In this document: positions 57,349 to 64,000 of the stretch, one piece after another
Layout of the letters: the number at the start of each line of letters is the position of its first letter
Numbering within the stretch: position 1 is the first letter of the stretch
The notes under the pieces: generated by a model
Told to the model about the DNA's origin: nothing
Databases searched by the model: none
Seen by the model: only the letters and a program-made list of their open reading frames with translations
Program-made: the position numbers and the translations under genes
NCBI GenBank assembly: GCA_046153645.1
Contig: JBJXGI010000056.1
Span: forward strand, 16,687 to 80,686
Direction: 5' to 3'
From: Elusimicrobiota bacterium
GTDB taxonomy: Bacteria; Elusimicrobiota; Elusimicrobia; F11
Length of the DNA: 64,000 nt

Positions 57349-58416
57349 GTGGGAATTAAGCTGATTGATATCGAAAAAAAGAAATACCGGATTGCCTTTT
57401 GGTTTAAGAAGAAGCACTACACCAAGGTGGTCGCCGGCAATAAAAAGTTGGCGGAAGCTGTTGAAAGGCAGATGATAGCTGCTTTGGAGGAAGGTCGTTA
57501 TTTCCCGCAGCGCCAATTTAAGGACCGCACATTTGAAGAGGTGGCCGACGTTTTTATACGGGATTGTCCCACCTTCAAAAAGTCAGCTCATAAAGTTGCG
57601 ATCTATGCTCGGAAGATGAAATTGTTTTTCAAGGGAAAGATGATTAAGGATATTCAATCCAGCGACGTGGTTCGTTTGAGAGAATATCTTGATCAAGATA
57701 TGACTCCAGTATCCACAAACCATTACCACCGGGCGTTACGCAGGCTTTTTAATTGGGCCATCCAAGAAAAACTCCATCGGGGAGATAACCCTGCATCTGG
57801 AAAATGTGTCCCATTGGAAAACGAGCGTCCATATTGGCGGAAAGTTTTTTTGAATGAACATCAACTCGGGAGACTACTTGATGATTGTGAGGATCGGTTG
57901 CGGCCCATTGTTTATTGCGCTGTTTTAACTGGAATGCGTATAGGCGAGCTGAGGCGGATGAAGAAAATCGACGTCGATCTGGATAGTTGTGTGATTCAAA
58001 TTCCCGAAAGTAAAAATGGGGAGTCCGGTTGGATTCCGATTCCCGAAAAACTCTATGAGGTTTTATCTCCGATCGTAGCTGGGCTTGAAAACAATACTGA
58101 CTTGGTGCTCGATTTCAAGAATTTTGAACGGATGTGGAAACGCGCTCGCCAAAAGTCCAATCTTCAACTCCACTTCCATGACCTGCGTAGGACCTATGGA
58201 TCTCATTTAATGATGAAAACAGGAAACCATGGGACAGTGCAGACCCTATTGCGTCACAAGTCACCGGCCATGACGGCGCGTTATGCTCATTTAGCTCCAA
58301 ACTTTCTCAGGCAATCTGTCCTAACTTTGGATGGCCTCTTTCCGTCTTCGAAAGACAAAGTTTCTATTACTGCCCAGCTTCCATCTGCACCGCCGGTAGT
58401 TGAAAAAACAGGGTAG
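57349..58416 (+). CDS. Tyrosine recombinase/integrase
   Basis: TGMRIGE (R), SKNG (K), FHDLRRT (HxxR), LRHKS (H), RYAH (Y). Confidence 0.95.
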   Translation: MGIKLIDIEKKKYRIAFWFKKKHYTKVVAGNKKLAEAVERQMIAALEEGRYFPQRQFKDRTFEEVADVFIRDCPTFKKSAHKVAIYARKMKLFFKGKMIKDIQSSDVVRLREYLDQDMTPVSTNHYHRALRRLFNWAIQEKLHRGDNPASGKCVPLENERPYWRKVFLNEHQLGRLLDDCEDRLRPIVYCAVLTGMRIGELRRMKKIDVDLDSCVIQIPESKNGESGWIPIPEKLYEVLSPIVAGLENNTDLVLDFKNFERMWKRARQKSNLQLHFHDLRRTYGSHLMMKTGNHGTVQTLLRHKSPAMTARYAHLAPNFLRQSVLTLDGLFPSSKDKVSITAQLPSAPPVVEKTG

Positions 58417-58419
58417 CAC

Positions 58420-59892
58420 GTGGTCCTACAATTTGATTCCCCGCAATCAAAGGATCAACTCCCTGACCTGAAAAAATTTCAGGAAAAAATCATTCAAGAT
58501 CCCGGGTTTTTTCTCCGTGAATGTCTTGGGCAAAACCCCTGGGAAATGGAAATCAAAATCATTGAGTCGGTCCGGGATAATCCCAAAACGATGGTGGCAG
58601 GCTGTGTTTCGTCTGGTAAGACCCATGCGACGGCAGGGCTCGTATTCTGGTGGTTAATGGCCTTTGCACCGATGGCGCGTATTTTTTGCCTTGCCCCTAC
58701 TGAGCGGCAACTCAAAATCAACCTCTGGCGCGAAATCCCTCGGATGCACAGCGCGTCTCGAATCAGACTGGGCGGTGAAATGATGCCGCTCTCCCTCCAA
58801 TATCGGCTCGGAGACGATTGGTATGCGCTTGGATTTAGCCCTCAGGACCAAATGGGAGTATTCGGTATCCACGGGCCTCATGATTTGATTGTCATCGATG
58901 ATGCCCAGGGATTGAAGCAAGAAATTTGGGAGGCGCTGGAAAATGCGATGGCCGGTGGCACCACTCGGCTTCTGGCTTCGTGCAACCCTGTTGTGACGAG
59001 CGGAGAAATTTATGAGGCCATGACATCTAAACGCGGGAAATACAACGTCATTCGGATCCCCGCGGCCATCACGCCCAACGTGAAAGAGGGCAAGATCATA
59101 ATCCCGGGGATGATTACCAAAGAAACTGTTGATCGTTGGGTTCAAGAGTATGGAGAAGACTCAGATTTTGTCAGAACTAAAGTAAAAGCCCTCCTGCCGA
59201 AACAAGAACCCGACACCCTTATCCCATTAGATTGGATTGAAGCCGCAATGGTGCGAGAAGCTGAAGTGTCAAACGAATATCCAATTCTCGGCGTGGACGT
59301 CGCCCGGTTTGGCGATGATCGAACGGTTATCTTTCCTATCCAGGGTCTAAAAGCGTTGGACCCAATCATCCTTCAAGGGGCTGATACTATGGAGGTGGCA
59401 GGACGGGTTAAATTTGAGATGGAAAACCACAAGGCTGGTGCGGCATTTGTCGATGTCATCGGAATTGGGTCTGGAGTCTGTGACCGATTAGCTGAGCAGG
59501 GGGTGATTGTTTATCCCGTAAATGTGGCGTCAAAGGCCCGCAATGAGAAAAAGTTCGTCAATCTTCGAAGTGAGGTGTGGTGGGCGGCGCGTGAAGCATT
59601 GGATCCCAAAAACCAAAATATATTTGCGTTGCCCAATAACAAACACTTGATGGCGGAGTTGGCAGCATCGAAATTTATTGTTGATTCATCTGGTCGAATT
59701 CGAGTCGAACCCAAAGACGATATGAAAAAACGTCTTGGCCACTCGCCCGATTTGGCCGATGCGTTCTGTTTGGCCATGTATGGTCGGTATGTTCTGCAAT
59801 ACAACGCGTACTTCGCTAATCATCTCATCCAAGATGATGGATATTTTATCGACACCGAAGGGTTCCCAGTGGGAACATTTGAGGCGGTATGA
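58420..59892 (+). CDS. Terminase large subunit
   Basis: Walker A SGKT, APT..Q, Walker B IVIDDA, NP, nuclease GVDVARFGDD, D..GIG.GV.D.L, SPDLADA. Confidence 0.9.
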   Translation: MVLQFDSPQSKDQLPDLKKFQEKIIQDPGFFLRECLGQNPWEMEIKIIESVRDNPKTMVAGCVSSGKTHATAGLVFWWLMAFAPMARIFCLAPTERQLKINLWREIPRMHSASRIRLGGEMMPLSLQYRLGDDWYALGFSPQDQMGVFGIHGPHDLIVIDDAQGLKQEIWEALENAMAGGTTRLLASCNPVVTSGEIYEAMTSKRGKYNVIRIPAAITPNVKEGKIIIPGMITKETVDRWVQEYGEDSDFVRTKVKALLPKQEPDTLIPLDWIEAAMVREAEVSNEYPILGVDVARFGDDRTVIFPIQGLKALDPIILQGADTMEVAGRVKFEMENHKAGAAFVDVIGIGSGVCDRLAEQGVIVYPVNVASKARNEKKFVNLRSEVWWAAREALDPKNQNIFALPNNKHLMAELAASKFIVDSSGRIRVEPKDDMKKRLGHSPDLADAFCLAMYGRYVLQYNAYFANHLIQDDGYFIDTEGFPVGTFEAV

Positions 59893-61292
59893 ATGCCTGG
59901 GATGATGTCGACGATCCCGTTGGAATTGGTCCGATTCATATCAATCGCCTAAATGAAGCTGCCCTAAAAAATCCAAAAAAATCGGCTCCCCTAATTCCGA
60001 AAACTTTGGATATTGAGGTTACGCCAGACTATCAGCAAATTGTCGAATGGTTGAGTACCGACTCTCCGGTTGTTTTTGTAACGGGGAAGGCTGGCACTGG
60101 AAAATCAACCTTAATTCAATACATAAGAGAGAAATTTCAGGGGAACTCCGTTGTTGTAGCTCCGACTGGTGTTGCGGCACTTAATGTAAATGGAGTAACC
60201 ATCCATTCTTTTTTTCGGTTTCCGCCCAGAATCGTCACTGACGATGACATTAAATTGGTCCGAGATAGAAGTCTATACCGTGCGCTCAAGCTTCTGATCA
60301 TCGATGAAATTTCAATGGTAAGGGCTGAAGTGATTGATGCCATAGATAAATTTCTACAGAGGAATCGCGAAAGTTCGGAACCATTTGGTGGGGTCAAACT
60401 TTTATTGGTCGGTGATCTATTCCAGTTGCCGCCAGTCCTTCAACATCGTGATGCCGTTGCTCTTAAAACTATGGGTTACCAAAGCCCATATTTCTTCAGT
60501 GCAAAAGGATTGATGCAATCGCAGATGGTGTCCAAAGAGTTAACGAAGGTTTATAGGCAAAAGGATGTTGGATTTATCTCCATCTTGAATAAAGTTCGAC
60601 GGGCCGAAGATATTGAAGGTGCCTTACAAAAGCTGAACCAGCGACACATGAAACCTGATAAGGACAATGAACAATGTATCACGTTGGCGGCAACGAACAG
60701 GGTGGCGGACGAAATTAACGATACGAAACTGGGGAAATTACCGGGCCCCCCGCAAACCTACGGTGGTGAGGTATCAGGAAAATTTGTCGTTCACGACGAA
60801 AGATTGCCCTCACCTATTAATTTATCGCTCAAAGTTGGCGCAAGAGTGATGTTCACCAAAAATGATGAAAAAAGGCGCTGGGTCAATGGGACACTTGGTC
60901 GGGTCGTGGGCCTTGAGAAGGATTTAATTCGCGTTGAGGTGACAGAAAATAACCATCGTGAGATTTACGAGGTCGATAGGGTCATATGGGAATCCTATAA
61001 GTATGAATATGATCATGGGACAGGCATGATCGTTCCCGAGACTACGGGTTATTACATACAGTTCCCATTGATGTTGGCTTGGGCGGTCACCATCCATAAA
61101 AGTCAGGGAAAAACACTGGATCACGTTCGCTTGGATTTAGGTTCGGGGGCTTTCGATTACGGGCAGGTTTATGTCGCGTTAAGCCGCTGCCGGTCACTCA
61201 ACGACATCTATTTAGCAAAACCCATCCTGGAAACAGACATTAAGTGCGACCCCGTCATCCGACGGTTCTATGAGGCTCTGAATTCTCAATAG
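59889..61292 (+). CDS. PIF1/RecD-like SF1B helicase
   Basis: TGKAGTGKST, APTGVAA, TIHSFF, IDEISMV, PFGG, GDLFQLPPV, YRQ, QFPL.LAWA.TIHKSQG, GQ.YVALSR. Confidence 0.94.
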   Translation: MNAWDDVDDPVGIGPIHINRLNEAALKNPKKSAPLIPKTLDIEVTPDYQQIVEWLSTDSPVVFVTGKAGTGKSTLIQYIREKFQGNSVVVAPTGVAALNVNGVTIHSFFRFPPRIVTDDDIKLVRDRSLYRALKLLIIDEISMVRAEVIDAIDKFLQRNRESSEPFGGVKLLLVGDLFQLPPVLQHRDAVALKTMGYQSPYFFSAKGLMQSQMVSKELTKVYRQKDVGFISILNKVRRAEDIEGALQKLNQRHMKPDKDNEQCITLAATNRVADEINDTKLGKLPGPPQTYGGEVSGKFVVHDERLPSPINLSLKVGARVMFTKNDEKRRWVNGTLGRVVGLEKDLIRVEVTENNHREIYEVDRVIWESYKYEYDHGTGMIVPETTGYYIQFPLMLAWAVTIHKSQGKTLDHVRLDLGSGAFDYGQVYVALSRCRSLNDIYLAKPILETDIKCDPVIRRFYEALNSQ

Positions 61293-61980
61293 CCCCCGCG
61301 TCTCATCTCCTAAATCGAGCAATTTCAGAGCGCGGTAGCCCTGTGAACTACCACTCATATAGCCAGACACCCTCAATGCTCTTTGACTATCAGCAACAAT
61401 GGCATGCCCAACATCTAATGAAATGAATGGATGATCGTTTTTCTGATCAATTCTATATGAATTGGCAGAAGCGCCAACCGTCTTTATGTGATGACTGATA
61501 TACGGGCCTGATGAGAAGGTGCATCAATTGCCTACTTTTTTTGGTCGGTGATATGAGCCGGAACTTTTACACCATTTGCGAAATTCCCTGCGAATAGGAA
61601 AATCACTGCCCACCTACGGGCCAATCTTCATCCCTTCTCAAAAGAGCCTTGGCCCAATGAAATATCCATTCATTTAATAGATCGATGTGAACCAGAATAT
61701 ATATTTTAAATGGAAGCATGTTCTAGCTATAGATAGTTCATGGTTTGTTAAAAACGGATCCAAGAGAATCTTATCGGGTCAATGGAGGATAGGTCGCATG
61801 GAGAGAGGTGATCTCGTTACAGCTGAAGTGTCCGTGACTGTTTCTAGTGTCGCGAGCCTGAAATCGGAACAAGAGATAACGCTTCCTTCGTTTTCAGATG
61901 AACGGCACCACAAAGAAGAAAGCCTCCAGCGCATAGCCAAGGCTAGGTTTTCATGATCCATTTTTATTTAAGGATTAATC

Positions 61981-62940
61981 ATGACTGAGAATTTAATTGA
62001 TCCGGTGGTTCTGTTTTTTGTCTTGGGGCTCTTGGCGGGTCTTGTTAAGTCCAATCTTCGTTTACCAGACGCGCTTTATGAATCGTTAAGTATTTATCTC
62101 TTACTGGCTATCGGTCTCAAAGGTGGGGTCGAACTGGCCAAGACTGAGATTTCATCCATCCTTTTACCAATGGCGGGGGCGTTGGCGTTAGGCGTCATCA
62201 TCCCTGTTATTGCGTACGGAGTCTTGCGGAGTATGGGAAAATTCTCACGGCCCGATGCGGCGGCGATCGCGGCCCATTATGGATCGGTGAGCGCCGTTAC
62301 TTTTGCCGTTGCCCAGTCATTCTTGGATCGGCTCCTGGTTCCCTTTGAAGGGTTCACAACCGTTTTACTGGTGGTGATGGAGATTCCGGCCATAGCGGTT
62401 GGGATTCTTATTGCCCGGATCAAGACGGCCAAAGAACCGTTGGCGCGCGGGCGATTAATTCACGAGGTTCTTCTCAACAAAAGCGTTTTTCTTTTGGTGG
62501 GAGGACTCCTGATCGGAACCCTCGTGGGCCCTGCAAAGGTTGGTCCTGTCACCATCTTGTTTTTCGATTTTTTCAAAGGGGCGTTGGCTTTTTTCCTTCT
62601 GGAAATGGGCATTGTGGCCTCTCAAAGATTGGGCGATCTTAAGAAAGTGGGGCCTTTTCTGGTTGGTTTTGGCATTTTGATGCCGCTTTTTTCTGGACTT
62701 TTGGGGACATTGGTGGGAGCAGTGGCAGGATTGTCGATTGGGGGCACGGCTCTATTGGCTACGCTAGCCGCTAGCGCCTCTTACATCGCGGCCCCGGCCG
62801 CCATGCGGATTGCTGTACCGGAAGCTAACCCGACCTATTATCTGACCGCTTCTTTGGGAGTGACCTTTCCCTTTAACTTAACCTTTGGGATCCAGATCTT
62901 TTATTGGATGTCTCGAATGGCACATGGGTGGATACGATGA
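61981..62940 (+). CDS. sbtA: Sodium-dependent bicarbonate transporter SbtA family (DUF897)
   Basis: SIYLLLAIGLKGG, AAHYGSVSAVTF, FLLEMG, ASASYIAAPAA, SLGVTFPFN. Confidence 0.92.
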   Translation: MTENLIDPVVLFFVLGLLAGLVKSNLRLPDALYESLSIYLLLAIGLKGGVELAKTEISSILLPMAGALALGVIIPVIAYGVLRSMGKFSRPDAAAIAAHYGSVSAVTFAVAQSFLDRLLVPFEGFTTVLLVVMEIPAIAVGILIARIKTAKEPLARGRLIHEVLLNKSVFLLVGGLLIGTLVGPAKVGPVTILFFDFFKGALAFFLLEMGIVASQRLGDLKKVGPFLVGFGILMPLFSGLLGTLVGAVAGLSIGGTALLATLAASASYIAAPAAMRIAVPEANPTYYLTASLGVTFPFNLTFGIQIFYWMSRMAHGWIR

Positions 62941-63245
62941 AAATAATTAAACAGAAACTGCTTACGGTGGTCACGGAACGAGCTATTGAGGATTTGATTC
63001 TCAAAGACATGAAGCGCCTCGGCGCAAAAGGCTACAGCCTTGTCGAGTCGCGCGGCGAAGATCATCGCGGTCTCCGCCATGCGGAATGGGAAGCCAACCG
63101 CGATGTGCGAATTGAGGTCCTCTGTGAAGAGGCCATTGCCCGTTCGATTGTCGAGCACCTCTCCAAAACATACTACGACGATTACGATATGACGATTTTC
63201 ATGTCCGACGTTGATGTGTTTGTCCGGAAAGAGAGGCCAATATGA
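62937..63245 (+). CDS. sbtB: SbtB PII-like regulator
   Basis: KLLTVVTE..IE...GAKGY....RG.....R...W.....RIEV; ATGA overlap with sbtA. Confidence 0.85.
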   Translation: MKIIKQKLLTVVTERAIEDLILKDMKRLGAKGYSLVESRGEDHRGLRHAEWEANRDVRIEVLCEEAIARSIVEHLSKTYYDDYDMTIFMSDVDVFVRKERPI

Positions 63246-63258
63246 ATGATCAAATTGG

Positions 63259-63666
63259 GTTTTTCCGACGGGCATCCCCAATAAAGGGGTGGTGTTAACC
63301 GGAGCACGGCCATCTTAAACCCCATCGCGATGTGTTGGCGGGTCGCACCATGCTTGTAAAAAAGACACGCGCCATTCCCATCGAATGCGTGGTAAGAGGT
63401 TATCTGGCTGGGTCCGGATGGAAAGAGTATCAACAGTCGCGGTCCATCTGCGGCATTCCTTTGCCACCCGGCCTGAGGGAATCCGAGCAGCTTCCCAATC
63501 CCATCTTCATGCCCTCAACCAAGGAAGAGACGGGCCACGATATAAATATTAGTCAAGAAGAAATGGCTCGACGTATCGGAGAAAAACTAACCCAAGAGCT
63601 GAAAGAAGCAAGTCTTGCTTTTTACGCGTTGGCGAGCGATTACACGAAATCACGCGGATTCTTCTC
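63259..63666 (+). pseudogene. purC: purC (SAICAR synthetase) remnant
   Basis: VFPTGIPNKGVVLT in one frame, then LAGRTMLVKK...IECVVRGYLAGSGWKEY...PSTK...GHDINI in another. N-terminus missing; ends before the DTKFEFG motif. Confidence 0.88.
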
Positions 63667-64000
63667 GGGGTCATGCAAGTTATTTGGGTGTAAATTCCCT
63701 GTCATCGTAGGCTGAAAAATCAAGCGGCCTTGAGCATTTCTTTGGCGCCATTAAGTCGGCGCTTGGTCCAACGTTTTTCCTGTTCGGTTGAAACACTCCA
63801 GACAAGTTTCCATTGTTGAGTCGTCAAGTGGTGGGCCTTGTTGAAAGTTGAAAGCCTTTCAGCAAGAAGTTGACGATTGGATTGGCCCATTTCCTTTTCC
63901 GTGTGATGAGATAAATGGACTCAAAAATCTGAGTCGGGTTTTTCTTGCCGATAATAACGAGAGAGTTTTTGGGCAGACTCATCGCCACGGTGTAAGCGTT
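63667..64000 (-). mobile_element. Probable IS end (IS256/ISLre2-like terminal repeat and transposase C-terminal remnant)
   Basis: GGGGTCATGCAAGTTATTTGGGTGTAAATT starts where purC similarity stops. A minus-strand frame ends ...KEMLKAA* at 63720 and has an internal TGA. Confidence 0.5.

Larger units (their letters stand above)
49305..61292. mobile_element. tRNA-adjacent integrated phage-related element (boundaries approximate)
   Basis: Integrase, Xis, terminase, PolA, helicase and homing-type nuclease genes downstream of a tRNA; visible shift to higher GC. No att repeat found by eye. Confidence 0.8.

Noticed and set aside
49305..61292. Complete prophage
   Set aside because: No recognisable portal, capsid, tail or lysis genes.
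61293..61980. 89-aa ORF 61687-61956 and interrupted minus-strand frames
   Set aside because: No recognisable motifs, weak starts and internal stops; probably decayed sequence.
63332..63715. Intact purC gene
   Set aside because: Only the middle portion is present; the last ~16 codons derive from the IS-like sequence.

Overview
AT-rich bacterial chromosomal window from a diderm (it encodes an outer-membrane beta-barrel and Tat substrates). Gene style suggests Elusimicrobiota or a similar little-studied lineage, but that is a weak inference. Left to right: (1) a dcw cluster from mraZ to murG, whose promoter carries MraZ-type repeats and three DnaA boxes; (2) amidase, LOG-family protein, uvrB and an AAA+/DUF4143 ATPase; (3) a 1486-aa membrane protein with several internal signal-peptide-like segments, an XRE/nucleotidyltransferase pair and a SWIB protein; (4) a ~16 kb nitrate/nitrite assimilation and molybdenum-cofactor operon behind a leader with ANTAR-type hairpins and two terminators, containing an in-frame NirD-PII (NifI2-like) fusion followed by a NifI1-like PII; (5) SDR, degenerate GGDEF, lexA with a RecA/Rad51-like partner, and addB-addA; (6) an initiator tRNA-Met followed by a ~12 kb integrated element (GIY-YIG nuclease, TerS-like, PolA, MT-A70 methyltransferase, Xis, Int, TerL, PIF1 helicase) with no recognisable capsid, portal, tail or primase; (7) sbtA-sbtB, a decayed purC and an IS end. 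Best novelty candidates: NifI-type PII control wired onto nitrite reductase, the capsid-less PolA/terminase element, and the possible polyprotein. All family calls come from motif recognition by eye; no searches were run.
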